Shown: positions 47,223 to 56,529 of the stretch, piece after piece
How the letters are laid out: each line of letters begins with the position of its first letter
Numbering within the stretch: the stretch's first letter is position 1
Origin: Patescibacteria group bacterium UBA3531
GTDB lineage: Bacteria; Patescibacteriota; Minisyncoccia; Phycocordibacterales; UBA3531
DNA length: 64,000 bases
Assembly (NCBI GenBank): GCA_002376885.1
Contig: DFOW01000001.1
Location: 15,381 to 79,380, forward strand
Reading direction: 5' to 3'
Notes under the pieces: model-generated
The model's database searches: none
Told to the model about the DNA's origin: nothing
The model's input: only the letters and a program-made list of their open reading frames with translations
Translations under genes and position numbers: made by a program

Positions 47223-47630
47223 TTATCGCTTGCTCCACTGTGGCGACTTCCGTGCCTTCTTCTTACCAAACTTACGTCGCTCTTTAATTCGTGCGTCTCG
47301 GGTAAGGAGTCCTGACTTTTTGAGTGATTTGCGGAGTTCTCCATCGAATGAAAGAAGCGCTCGAGAAAATCCATGGCGAACTGCCTCTGCTTGAGAGTGG
47401 ATTCCACCACCTGATACTTTTACTGAAACACTAAACTTTTCGCCTGGCGCAGACTTTTCGATCGGCTCATGGACAATCTTTTTAAGTTCTTCTGTTGGGA
47501 AGTACTCATCTAAAGACTTATCATTTACACTCAAGGTATTTTTACCAGCGGGAGTAATACGAACTCGCGCGACAGACTCCTTTCGTTTTCCTACTCCTTC
47601 GGTATATTGTTTATCTTTTGTGGTTGCCAT
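47223..47630 (-). CDS. rpsI: 30S ribosomal protein S9
   Basis: GKRKESVARV, GGG..SQAEA and KARKSPQWSKR motifs. Confidence 0.97.
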   Translation of the reverse strand: MATTKDKQYTEGVGKRKESVARVRITPAGKNTLSVNDKSLDEYFPTEELKKIVHEPIEKSAPGEKFSVSVKVSGGGIHSQAEAVRHGFSRALLSFDGELRKSLKKSGLLTRDARIKERRKFGKKKARKSPQWSKR

Positions 47631-47631
47631 A

Positions 47632-47979
47632 TTAGTCCGTAATAGTTAAATTCTTTAACATTTCTTTTCGTAATTTGTTTCCGGGAAGCATTCCATATAC
47701 TGCCTTCCGTACCGCCTCACCGTGCCCCTTTTTAGCAATAAGCTCTTCAAGCGTTTGTTCTCGCAATCCCCCTGGATAACCGGTGTACCGTGTATACACT
47801 TTTCCTTTTGCTTTTCGTTCAGTAATGTTTAGCTTACTTGCATTTACTACATGCACTTTAACTTTTGGAGCAACATTTGCTTTAAAATCTGGAGTCGTTT
47901 TGCCTCGCAATAAAAGCGCAGCTTCGCTTGCTACTCGTCCTAATTGTCTATCTTGTGCGTCAATCGTAAATGTTGCCAT
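47632..47979 (-). CDS. rplM: 50S ribosomal protein L13
   Basis: IDA...LGRVAS, TGYPGG and AVYGMLP motifs. Confidence 0.96.
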   Translation of the reverse strand: MATFTIDAQDRQLGRVASEAALLLRGKTTPDFKANVAPKVKVHVVNASKLNITERKAKGKVYTRYTGYPGGLREQTLEELIAKKGHGEAVRKAVYGMLPGNKLRKEMLKNLTITD

Positions 47980-47980
47980 A

Positions 47981-48331
47981 TTATACAAATTCAATTACTG
48001 CCATTTTTGCAGCATCCCCTTTACGTGCCGGTAATTTTATAACTCGGGTGTAGCCACCTTCTCGCTTTTCGTACTTTGGGGCGATTTCATCGATAAGTTT
48101 TTTTGCTGCAGTCTTTGATCCAAGGCGTGCCACCAAAATTCGGTGAGCAGCAACATCGCCCTTTCGTGCTCGTGTTACAAGCTTTTCAATAAAGCTTTTG
48201 AGTTCTTTTGCTTTTGCTTCGGTCGTCTCAATTTTTTCATAACGCACCAAAGACTCTGCAAGGTGCTTCAAAAGAGCATTCCTTTGATTTCGTGTCCTTC
48301 CAAATTTTCGGTTAGCGTTATGATGTCGCAT
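47981..48331 (-). CDS. rplQ: 50S ribosomal protein L17
   Basis: MRH, IETTEAKAKE and GGYTR motifs. Confidence 0.97.
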   Translation of the reverse strand: MRHHNANRKFGRTRNQRNALLKHLAESLVRYEKIETTEAKAKELKSFIEKLVTRARKGDVAAHRILVARLGSKTAAKKLIDEIAPKYEKREGGYTRVIKLPARKGDAAKMAVIEFV

Positions 48332-48344
48332 GATTCTATTGCTT

Positions 48345-49325
48345 CTATTGTTTCAGGGTCAATCCGAAGTTACTTAATACTCGTTTAATCTCGGTGATTC
48401 CTTTTGCTCCAAGACCATCTACATCAAGAAGATCCTCTTCTCCTTTTCGTACCAATCCACCAATGGTTCGGATTCCTGAATTACCGAGCGCTTTCATGGT
48501 TCTAACAGAAAGGCTAAGGTCTTCGATTCGGGTCTTCAATACATCGTCATCTGGTTGTTCAACCATTGCTTCTGCCTCGCCCTTCAATTCTTCTTTAATT
48601 TCTTCTGCGAGTTCTGCTGGTTCTGGCTCTTCTTCTTTAAATCCAACAATTGCTTTTAATTGCTTGATCATGATCTCGATAGCCTTCTCAAGAGCCTCTT
48701 TTGGAGAAACGGTTCCGTCTGTTTCGATAGCAAGTCGCAATCGGTTAAAGTCGGTTCGGTCTCCTACTCGCATGTTCTCTACCTCGTAGTTTACGCGCCG
48801 TACGGGAGTAAAGGTTGCATCAAGTGCAATCATTCCAATGTCTACCTTCTCTTTAGAAAGCGCCTCTTTTGGCATGTAACCAAGACCTTTTTCAATCGTT
48901 GCCTCCATTACAAAATGAGTATCTTTTGAGGTAACAGTAAGGATGTGTTCATCTGGATTACCTACCTCTACTTGTCCTGGCAAGGTAAGATCTTTTGCTT
49001 TTACTTCTTTGTCTCCTTTAATATCGAGCTTAATTACTTGTGGCTCGTCAACGGTCATATTAAACCGAACCTTTTTAAGGTTAAGAATAATGTTAAGAAC
49101 ATCCTCTTTAACACCGGTGAGTGTTGAGAACTCATGATCTACTCCGTCAATTTTTACTGACGTAATAGCAGCTCCTGGGAGACTTGAAAGAATGATCCTT
49201 CGCAAAGAGTTACCAAGAGTATGACCGTACCCTGGGTAAAGCCCTTCAATCTCATAGACACCCTTGGTTCCTTCCTCGTGGGTTATCTTTGGCTTTGATG
49301 GCAATACAATGTTGTAATCTGGCAT
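48345..49325 (-). CDS. rpoA: RNA polymerase subunit alpha
   Basis: GYGHTLGNSLRRIILSS, HEFST..GVKED and alpha-CTD. Start set at MPDYN. Confidence 0.97.
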   Translation of the reverse strand: MPDYNIVLPSKPKITHEEGTKGVYEIEGLYPGYGHTLGNSLRRIILSSLPGAAITSVKIDGVDHEFSTLTGVKEDVLNIILNLKKVRFNMTVDEPQVIKLDIKGDKEVKAKDLTLPGQVEVGNPDEHILTVTSKDTHFVMEATIEKGLGYMPKEALSKEKVDIGMIALDATFTPVRRVNYEVENMRVGDRTDFNRLRLAIETDGTVSPKEALEKAIEIMIKQLKAIVGFKEEEPEPAELAEEIKEELKGEAEAMVEQPDDDVLKTRIEDLSLSVRTMKALGNSGIRTIGGLVRKGEEDLLDVDGLGAKGITEIKRVLSNFGLTLKQ

Positions 49326-49350
49326 AGTATTTAAAATTACTCGTTTAGAT

Positions 49351-49968
49351 TTATACTCGGCTATAAAACTCAATCACGGTTGCAAGGTCGAGTGTTTCGT
49401 CTTGCGCACCTTCTTGTGCTGGAGTTCCTTTAATGGCTACTTCGCCCTTCTTTTTGTCGTAACTAAACCAGGTTGGTGTTGCTACGTCTTTTGTTTTTTC
49501 ACCAATTCCAGCAAAAATGTGATTTTCTTTACTTTCAGGACGAATCGACACGACGTCCCCAACTTTTAGCTTGTATGATGGCACGGTTACTTTTCTTCCA
49601 TTTACGTGAATGTGTCCGTGACTTACGATTTGCCGTGCAAAGGCTCGTGTATTGGCAAACCCTGATCGGAATACAACATTATCGAGTCGTGATTCAAGCG
49701 ATGCAAACAATGACTGTGTAGGAGTGGTTTCTTTTTGGTTTCTGGCTTTTTTAACGTAGTTAGAAAGTTGCTTTTCATTAATGTAGTAGGAGTATCGTAC
49801 TTTTTGCTTTTCAAGAAGTTGGATTCCATACTCGGTTCGAGATTTTCGGAATGTTCTTTGAGCTCCTTGTTTTTTGCTTTTAGCAAGCTGAAATTTTTGT
49901 GTTTGGCATTGCCCAAACACATCGCTTCCTAGTCGTCTACAAATTTTATATTTTGGTCCTACTTTCAT
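49351..49968 (-). CDS. rpsD: 30S ribosomal protein S4
   Basis: QLLEKQK, LESRLDNVV and ARQIVSHGH motifs. Confidence 0.97.
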   Translation of the reverse strand: MKVGPKYKICRRLGSDVFGQCQTQKFQLAKSKKQGAQRTFRKSRTEYGIQLLEKQKVRYSYYINEKQLSNYVKKARNQKETTPTQSLFASLESRLDNVVFRSGFANTRAFARQIVSHGHIHVNGRKVTVPSYKLKVGDVVSIRPESKENHIFAGIGEKTKDVATPTWFSYDKKKGEVAIKGTPAQEGAQDETLDLATVIEFYSRV

Positions 49969-49970
49969 GG

Positions 49971-50402
49971 TTATACTCGTCGTGGTTTTTTAGCTCGCGG
50001 ACCATTGTGTGGAATAGGGGTAATATCTTTAATACTTGAAACGTCCATTCCTCGTCCTACGAATGTTCTAATTGCTGACTCTCGGCCTGAACCAACTCCT
50101 TTTACTACAATATCAACTTCTTTTACTCCCATGCCTTCTGCCTTCTCTAGTACGATTTCTGCAACCTTCCCAGCAGCAAAGGGAGTTCCTTTTTTGGCTC
50201 CTTTGAAACCAAGTGATCCACTTGAGCTCCATGCAAGAGCGTTTCCTTTTGTGTCAGAAAGAAGAAGCTTTGTATTATTGAAGGTAGCTTGAACGTGGAG
50301 CACTCCTTGTGCCACACGCTTTTTTGAACCTCGAGCACTAGCGCGGCGTACGCCCTCTCCAGATTCTCCACCTGATTTTGTGATAATACGCTTCTTTCCC
50401 AT
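49971..50402 (-). CDS. rpsK: 30S ribosomal protein S11
   Basis: ATFNNT, KKGTPFAA and DITPIPHNG motifs. Confidence 0.97.
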   Translation of the reverse strand: MGKKRIITKSGGESGEGVRRASARGSKKRVAQGVLHVQATFNNTKLLLSDTKGNALAWSSSGSLGFKGAKKGTPFAAGKVAEIVLEKAEGMGVKEVDIVVKGVGSGRESAIRTFVGRGMDVSSIKDITPIPHNGPRAKKPRRV

Positions 50403-50403
50403 A

Positions 50404-50784
50404 CTATTTCTTTTCTAACTTTCGTTTACCTGAACCCATGGTCTTTCGTACGTTTCCACGAACGGTTCGTGAATTGGTTTTGGTTCGTTGACCACGGCTT
50501 GGCAAGTTATGTGAATGACGTGCCCCTCGGTAACTTTTAATATCTTTCAATCGCTTAATGTTTCCAGAAACTTCTCGTTTTAAATCTCCTTCGATAGCAA
50601 AAGCTTCAATCTCTTTTCGGATCTTATTTTCATCTTCTGGTTTAAGATCCTTTGGCTTTGAACCTCGTTCAATTCCTGTTTTATCTAAAATTTGATGCGC
50701 TCTGGTCCGCCCAACACCAAAAACGGCGGTGAGGCCGATTTCGAGTCTTTTTTCATCTGGAATGGTAATACCTGCGATTCGCAT
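50404..50784 (-). CDS. rpsM: 30S ribosomal protein S13
   Basis: MRIAG, SYRG.RH and RGQRTKTNSRT motifs. Confidence 0.97.
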   Translation of the reverse strand: MRIAGITIPDEKRLEIGLTAVFGVGRTRAHQILDKTGIERGSKPKDLKPEDENKIRKEIEAFAIEGDLKREVSGNIKRLKDIKSYRGARHSHNLPSRGQRTKTNSRTVRGNVRKTMGSGKRKLEKK

Positions 50785-50786
50785 AT

Positions 50787-50900
50787 TTATCCTTGTCGTT
50801 GTTTATGTTTTGGATTGGTGCACAAAACATACAGCCGACCAGAACGTCTGACCAGCTTGCAATTCATGCACATTTTTTTGACTGATGCCCTTACTTTCAT
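50787..50900 (-). CDS. rpmJ: 50S ribosomal protein L36 (zinc-binding type)
   Basis: Not in the track. [37 protein letters not shown]. Confidence 0.97.
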   Translation of the reverse strand: MKVRASVKKMCMNCKLVRRSGRLYVLCTNPKHKQRQG

Positions 50901-51112
50901 AGTCTTTTAATGATCCTCCCTTTTTCGCCGTAATCATCTAATTTTACGGTTACTTTATCGCCAACAAGGACCTTGATTCTATGCATTCGCATCTTCCCAG
51001 AGAGGTAGGTAAGAATTTCTTTACCCGGCTCAAGTTCTACCCGAAACATAGTGTTCGGAAGAGCCTCGAGAACTACTCCCTCTTTCAAATCAATGGAATC
51101 GTTTGTTGTCAT
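50897..51112 (-). CDS. infA: Translation initiation factor IF-1
   Basis: [15 protein letters not shown] and GDKV motifs. Confidence 0.97.
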   Translation of the reverse strand: MTTNDSIDLKEGVVLEALPNTMFRVELEPGKEILTYLSGKMRMHRIKVLVGDKVTVKLDDYGEKGRIIKRL

Positions 51113-51178
51113 TAGGGTTTAGGTATAGTAGCAAAAGATATCCCCAGACGTCAAGGGTTTTAGCCTTAAAAATCGGGC

Positions 51179-52465
51179 TTATTTTAAGACCTCTACAATC
51201 TCTATTTTTTCACTATTTGAGGGGAATCGTCGAGCCCAGAAAGGGTCAAATTGAGTGACTTGGGCTTGAATAATGTCAGGGAATTCTTCAATAAACATAC
51301 GCTGATAGGTGATTTCATCCTTCGGGAGTCCTGAAAGAGCGCTCTGTACGGCCATTTTATCGATATCCCAGACGAAGACGGCTTCGCCAGAAATCGTGAC
51401 TTGGGCATCGCCTGGATCATTAAAATCAATTTCATTCTTGTTTTGAAGACTGAAGGAAAGGTCTGCCAAGTTCCCTACTGAGACGATTCCGCTATCCACG
51501 CCAGAGAGTGCTTCTCCTGCAATATAGGCATCAAGACTGTCTTGGTGGAGGGCGATTCCTTCAAGTTCTCCGCTCACAATAAAGGTTACGGGCTCATCTT
51601 CTTTAGAAACGTCCTCTTCTCTGGATTCTGTGAAGTTAATAAAGATAGCATCATCCAAAAGAATGTAACCTTCGGGGAGTCCTTCGAGTGCTTCTTCCTT
51701 CAGGCTCCCCGTGAGAGCATTTTCAAGCTCGCTTCGGGCAGCGTCCTCGTCCTCCTTCTTTACCTCCTTGGTGAGACCAGAGAATCCTCCTGTCATAGGT
51801 GTCTTTGAACGAGCATATACGGCATCAAAAAGCGGTGTTCCTTTAAGGCCTGGGACCGTAAAGTCTACAAAATCAATATTGTAATTATCTCCTGGTTCAT
51901 CTGCCTGGACTGTTACCTCAAGTGATCCAGGGCCACTATTTGTTCCTGCCGGAACCGTAACGGCATCAGAGATTCTATATACAAGACCATTTGGTGCTTC
52001 AAACCGAGTCCTGGCAATAAGGCGTTGTGTGCTTCCATTATCATTGAAAATAACTATTTTCCCGGAAGCTTTTCGTTCAATATCTTTTACTCCTTGTGCT
52101 CGTACATCCTTTTCCATTGATCCTGATGCACTCACTACTTGTACCACGGGGTTTGCACTCAAAGACGAAATATCTGAAAGCGTGAACTCAAGATCAATTG
52201 CTTGGGTTTCGGTTCGTGGTGTTACCTCAACCACTACCTTTCCAGTAAATGAGAAAAAGATAATCGCAACAACAATAAGAGCAAGGACTGCCCATAACCA
52301 TTTTTTAGAGAAAAACCCCCCGAGGTTCATTGAACGTCTTCGTCTTGGTGGTTTTGGTGGAAGCGGTCGGCGCATTGGTGGCGGAGTATTTTCTTCCGTC
52401 ACGGGCGGTTTTTTCATCGGTACGTTTTTATGAATGACAACGTCTTGTATAGCGCTTTTAGGCAT
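51179..52465 (-). CDS. Membrane-anchored hypothetical protein with a baseplate-J-like beta domain
   Basis: Pro/Arg-rich N-terminus, one TM helix, A.G...IFN...TRF and V.ADEPG..YNI pattern. Confidence 0.6.
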   Translation of the reverse strand: MPKSAIQDVVIHKNVPMKKPPVTEENTPPPMRRPLPPKPPRRRRSMNLGGFFSKKWLWAVLALIVVAIIFFSFTGKVVVEVTPRTETQAIDLEFTLSDISSLSANPVVQVVSASGSMEKDVRAQGVKDIERKASGKIVIFNDNGSTQRLIARTRFEAPNGLVYRISDAVTVPAGTNSGPGSLEVTVQADEPGDNYNIDFVDFTVPGLKGTPLFDAVYARSKTPMTGGFSGLTKEVKKEDEDAARSELENALTGSLKEEALEGLPEGYILLDDAIFINFTESREEDVSKEDEPVTFIVSGELEGIALHQDSLDAYIAGEALSGVDSGIVSVGNLADLSFSLQNKNEIDFNDPGDAQVTISGEAVFVWDIDKMAVQSALSGLPKDEITYQRMFIEEFPDIIQAQVTQFDPFWARRFPSNSEKIEIVEVLK

Positions 52466-52480
52466 GGATTTTATACTAGT

Positions 52481-53632
52481 CTATTTTAATCCGTTTGTAA
52501 AAAGAGACAAGAGGATAAGCATAGGGTCAAGTGACTCTTTATGAGCATTATCGATTTTTTTTGAAAATACGGCTGTATCAAGCTCTTTTATAGAGAAGTT
52601 TTCGCTGTCTTCGGTGCTAAAGAGCTCACGCCTAGATTCCTTAAACCATTCGGGGAAAAACGAGGAAACTGAGGGGTCGCTCACAATTAAAATGCGTGCC
52701 GGTAACCCTCCACGGAGCTTTCCTTCTTCAATGGTTCTTTTAAAGCTCTCTTTCCACATTCCTTGAATTACAGCGAGCGCTCCTTCTGTTCGTGTTCTGC
52801 TTTTTTCATTTAACTTTTCACTTTTATAGAGTCCTAGGATTGAGTGAGCTTCACTCATCTCTACTCCCATCTCTCGTGCTAAGAGCCGTAAAAAAGTGTT
52901 TCTCCCAAACGGGAATGAAATAATTTGTGTAAGGTCGTTATCTACTGAAACAATAAGGTCAGAGACTTCGCTCGACACGTTAAGAAGCGTAAAGTTTTCT
53001 TCTTTAGGGAAGAGCATTCCTACTGTTGCGTATAAAGAAAGCGGTGTTCCGTGGAAGAGTGTATTGTCAGTATGAAATACTTGATGAACAATATTTTTTA
53101 ATTTCTCAACAATTACTTTTTCGGTATAACTCACAAAGAGTGTCACCATCATACTGTCTGCTTGTTTATTGTAAGGATCAGCAATTGAATAGCCGTTCAG
53201 CTGGATATCGAGAATCTTTTGTTCTAATAGAACCTTGTCTTTTTTTGCTGGGTCTTCTCCGGCAAGTGTCTCTATTTCTTTTTTTACAAGATTTGCAACA
53301 AGGTCGTGCGTAACCTTAAATGAGGCTCCTTTGTAATGTATCTTCCTTACTTCTCTATAGGTTAAGAGCGAAGGAATAAAACAATGAACCTCTTTAAATG
53401 AAGAGAACTCTTTATTCATTGCCATCTCAGTCGCGGCGCTCGTGGCTGCCCACAGTACTCGAGAAAGATATCTGTCTACACTTGGTTTTTCGCGCTCTTC
53501 AAAAAAACGTCGTTTAGCGTAGTGAACAGTTGGTTTTTCTTTGCCCAGATCAGTGTAGGCAATACCAACGCTCCCTGAACCGATATGAAAAAGCGCGGCA
53601 CCATTATCTTTGCCTCGTTTAGTTCCAAACAT
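52481..53632 (-). CDS. Divergent FtsA/PilM-like actin-fold protein
   Basis: HIGSGSV, LNGY and SFPFG motifs; degenerate phosphate motifs. Confidence 0.55.
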   Translation of the reverse strand: MFGTKRGKDNGAALFHIGSGSVGIAYTDLGKEKPTVHYAKRRFFEEREKPSVDRYLSRVLWAATSAATEMAMNKEFSSFKEVHCFIPSLLTYREVRKIHYKGASFKVTHDLVANLVKKEIETLAGEDPAKKDKVLLEQKILDIQLNGYSIADPYNKQADSMMVTLFVSYTEKVIVEKLKNIVHQVFHTDNTLFHGTPLSLYATVGMLFPKEENFTLLNVSSEVSDLIVSVDNDLTQIISFPFGRNTFLRLLAREMGVEMSEAHSILGLYKSEKLNEKSRTRTEGALAVIQGMWKESFKRTIEEGKLRGGLPARILIVSDPSVSSFFPEWFKESRRELFSTEDSENFSIKELDTAVFSKKIDNAHKESLDPMLILLSLFTNGLK

Positions 53633-53657
53633 GATTTAAGTATAACAGACGCTTGTA

Positions 53658-54188
53658 TTAGAATCCTGCTTTGTTTGTTGATTTTTTTAATGCGCGATCG
53701 ACGTGTTCTGCAATTTTGTTTCGTGCACCGTATGGATCGGGAACTTGTTTAAATACAAAGTCTCGAGACTTACCGGCAGTTTGCACATGCACATCTCCAA
53801 AATTAAGAAGTGTAGGAATGATACCTTTTACTTCAACAGTAATGTCTTGAATTCTATCGAGACGAAACTCTGAAACATCTCGAGAGAAAAGCGCATATTG
53901 TTCAATGTCGTATACACGAGTGGTGGTAATTACCCATAAATCAAGGGCGTAGTTAACCCATTTTACAAATAAAATAGACCATTCAATAAGAAGGATAGAT
54001 GCCACTACAATAACAACCAACCTTCGCGCGTCAGGAACATATTGAGAAAGCGCTTCTCCTGCAATAAATGCAAGAGGAATAAGAATGATTACTGCGACAA
54101 TACTTGGGAAGGACGATATAAAGTAGACAAACCAATGCCTTCTAAAAAACATTTCTAACTTTTCGCCTTCTGGAACGGTAAAACTCAT
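53658..54188 (-). CDS. Membrane protein with bacterial PH (bPH_2) domain
   Basis: RRHW, two TM helices, IT..RV, RIQDITV...FGDVHVQTAG. Confidence 0.8.
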   Translation of the reverse strand: MSFTVPEGEKLEMFFRRHWFVYFISSFPSIVAVIILIPLAFIAGEALSQYVPDARRLVVIVVASILLIEWSILFVKWVNYALDLWVITTTRVYDIEQYALFSRDVSEFRLDRIQDITVEVKGIIPTLLNFGDVHVQTAGKSRDFVFKQVPDPYGARNKIAEHVDRALKKSTNKAGF

Positions 54189-54189
54189 A

Positions 54190-54465
54190 TTAAATACTTA
54201 AAAGCACACTTAAAATAACCACGAGCGGAACAAATGAGACGACCAAGTAAATCACCTCTGCCTTAATAGCAAATGTTTTAGTAAGACTATAACGACGCAA
54301 ATGATACGTAGTGGTAATAAGCGTCACAATAAAAACAATAAATACAAGCAAAAAAAGTACTGCAGATATCCACCGTATTGCATCAATACTCAAAACTGTC
54401 CCCAAATAGTCATAAGAAAACCCTGGGATTCCAAAGTCTAAGCTGTCTAAATTTGGTTCTGGCAT
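54190..54465 (-). CDS. Small two-TM membrane protein
   Basis: Two hydrophobic helices; 1-nt gaps to both neighbours. Confidence 0.7.
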   Translation of the reverse strand: MPEPNLDSLDFGIPGFSYDYLGTVLSIDAIRWISAVLFLLVFIVFIVTLITTTYHLRRYSLTKTFAIKAEVIYLVVSFVPLVVILSVLLSI

Positions 54466-54466
54466 A

Positions 54467-56224
54467 TTACTCTAAAGTTGCTTTGATTCTTCTTACTCCT
54501 GCACTGCTCGCCTCTTCTTTTTTTATTTTGAAGGTTCCCATGGCGCCAGTACTCTCTACATGAGGACCACCACAAATTTCGTAACTAAAGCGGTCATCTC
54601 CTTCACCTACACTATACACTTTTACCTTGTCTCCATATTTTACCCCGAATTCACCAAGGGCTCCGCTTTCGAACGCAACACCCGTGGACATCTCGGTAAA
54701 CGAGACAGGGAGATCTTTTTTAATGATCTCGTTTATCATGTCTTCTACCTTTTGCTTTTCTTCATCGGTCATTTTTTGTGTATGAGAAAAATCAAACCGC
54801 AAGCGTTCGCTCGTTATGTTTGAACCTCTCTGATGAACATGATCACCTAACACACGACGGAGTGCCTCGTGCAACAAGTGTGTTGCGGTATGGTATGCAA
54901 TTGTTTTTGGATTTGTGTCGGCAAGACCACCTTTAAACTTCCCTTCTGCACCACTCCGAGACTTGTCTTGGTGCTCCCTCATTTCTTTTTTAAATCCTTC
55001 TTCGTCTACCTCAATTCCCTCTTCTTGTGCTAACTCTTGTGTGAGCTCCAGAGGAAATCCATACGTAGTAAAAAGAGTAAATGCTTCTTTGCCAGAGATG
55101 CCATCGCTTCCCATCTTTTCAAACTGTTTTAGTCCTTGATCGAGTGTTTTTTTGAATGCTTCTTGCTCTTTTTGGATTACTTGAATAAACTGCGACGTGT
55201 TTTGCATGTTCTCATATACTGCTTCATATTTGAACACAATGGCCCCAACAATAGCAGCAAGAGATTCTTCTGGAATTTCTTTATTGTCTGTATTAAAAAT
55301 GGCACGTCTTAGGAGTCGCCGTAAAATGTATCCTTGTTCAGTATTACTTGGAACAACACCGTCTGAAATAAGAAGGACGGCTGTGCGCACATGGTCTGCA
55401 ATGATTCTTTGTTTTTTTGTATCGCTTGCAAGACCCTCTACTTCTTTCATAATGCCTGCAAAAAGGTCGGTATCAAAAATGTTGTCTTTGTCTTGCATAA
55501 CCATTGCAAGGCGTTCGAGTCCAGCACCGGTGTCTACATTTTGCTGGGTTAGTTTTCCTGTTACTTTTCCGTCTTTCTTTTCGTACTCCATAAAGACATC
55601 GTTCCATACCTCAACCACGCGACTCTGGTCATCTGCTTTTTTAAATTCTTCTTTATTGGTGATGGGTCCTACTTCTGGGCGAAGGTCATAAAACATTTCA
55701 CTATCAGGACCACACGGGCCATTATCTCCTGGGCTCCACCAGTTGTCTTCTTTCCCTAAGAAATAGATCCGCTCCTCTGGAATACCCAAAGACTTCCAAA
55801 TCTCTGCGCTTTCTTCGTCTTTAGGGGCATCTTCGTCTCCTTCAAATACTGTTACATACAGCCTGTTTGGATCAAGACCGAGGCCTTCATCTTTGCTCGT
55901 TAAAAACTCATAACTCCAGGTAATGGCGTCTTTTTTAAAGTAGTCCCCTAAAGACCAATTCCCCAGCATTTCAAAAAAGGTATCGTGGGTTGCGTCGCCC
56001 ACTTCTTCAATGTCTTGTGTCCGTACACACTTTTGAACATTTACCAGGCGTTTCCCAGCAGGATGTTCTTGCCCTAAAAGATACGGCACGAGTGGTTGCA
56101 TTCCGGCGGTCGTAAAAAGGACCGAAGGATCGTTTTCAGGAACAAGAGATGCGCTTGGAATTACAGTATGATTTCGAGCCTCAAAAAAAGCTAAAAATCG
56201 CTTTCGTATTTCATCTGAAGTCAT
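54467..56224 (-). CDS. alaS: Alanine--tRNA ligase, short form without the C-Ala domain
   Basis: LFTTAGMQP, TFFEMLGN and DTGAGLER; editing motifs HTATH and CGGPH; ends at GVRRIKA. Confidence 0.96.
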   Translation of the reverse strand: MTSDEIRKRFLAFFEARNHTVIPSASLVPENDPSVLFTTAGMQPLVPYLLGQEHPAGKRLVNVQKCVRTQDIEEVGDATHDTFFEMLGNWSLGDYFKKDAITWSYEFLTSKDEGLGLDPNRLYVTVFEGDEDAPKDEESAEIWKSLGIPEERIYFLGKEDNWWSPGDNGPCGPDSEMFYDLRPEVGPITNKEEFKKADDQSRVVEVWNDVFMEYEKKDGKVTGKLTQQNVDTGAGLERLAMVMQDKDNIFDTDLFAGIMKEVEGLASDTKKQRIIADHVRTAVLLISDGVVPSNTEQGYILRRLLRRAIFNTDNKEIPEESLAAIVGAIVFKYEAVYENMQNTSQFIQVIQKEQEAFKKTLDQGLKQFEKMGSDGISGKEAFTLFTTYGFPLELTQELAQEEGIEVDEEGFKKEMREHQDKSRSGAEGKFKGGLADTNPKTIAYHTATHLLHEALRRVLGDHVHQRGSNITSERLRFDFSHTQKMTDEEKQKVEDMINEIIKKDLPVSFTEMSTGVAFESGALGEFGVKYGDKVKVYSVGEGDDRFSYEICGGPHVESTGAMGTFKIKKEEASSAGVRRIKATLE

Positions 56225-56269
56225 TATTCAATAGATTAAACTGAATTTAGCTAAAAAGAAAGCGCCGCG

Positions 56270-56479
56270 TCATTCGACACGGCGGTCCCCTTCTTCTCCC
56301 AGGTCCTCGAGGATCGCAGTGTCTGCGTCCTGATTCCCTCGATTGATGGTGACGTAGAGCACCGCCGTGAGAATCACGGTAACGCCAAGAGCCACCAGAA
56401 ACGAAAGGAGAAGCTTCTTCGTGACGAGGCCCACGAGGGAAAACAAGACCACGAAGAGTGCGATTGCTAAACGCTCCAT
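56270..56479 (-). CDS. Small GC-rich two-TM membrane protein
   Basis: GAGGGGG SD before MERLAIAL; GC-rich insert between mnmA and alaS. Confidence 0.65.
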   Translation of the reverse strand: MERLAIALFVVLFSLVGLVTKKLLLSFLVALGVTVILTAVLYVTINRGNQDADTAILEDLGEEGDRRVE

Positions 56480-56529
56480 GTACACCCCCTCTGTCTCGGA
56501 GAATACCTTACTTATGTTGCATCGTAAAG

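Noticed and set aside
51179-52465. Prophage or contractile injection system
   Set aside because: Only a tentative baseplate-J-like domain; no other phage or tail genes nearby.
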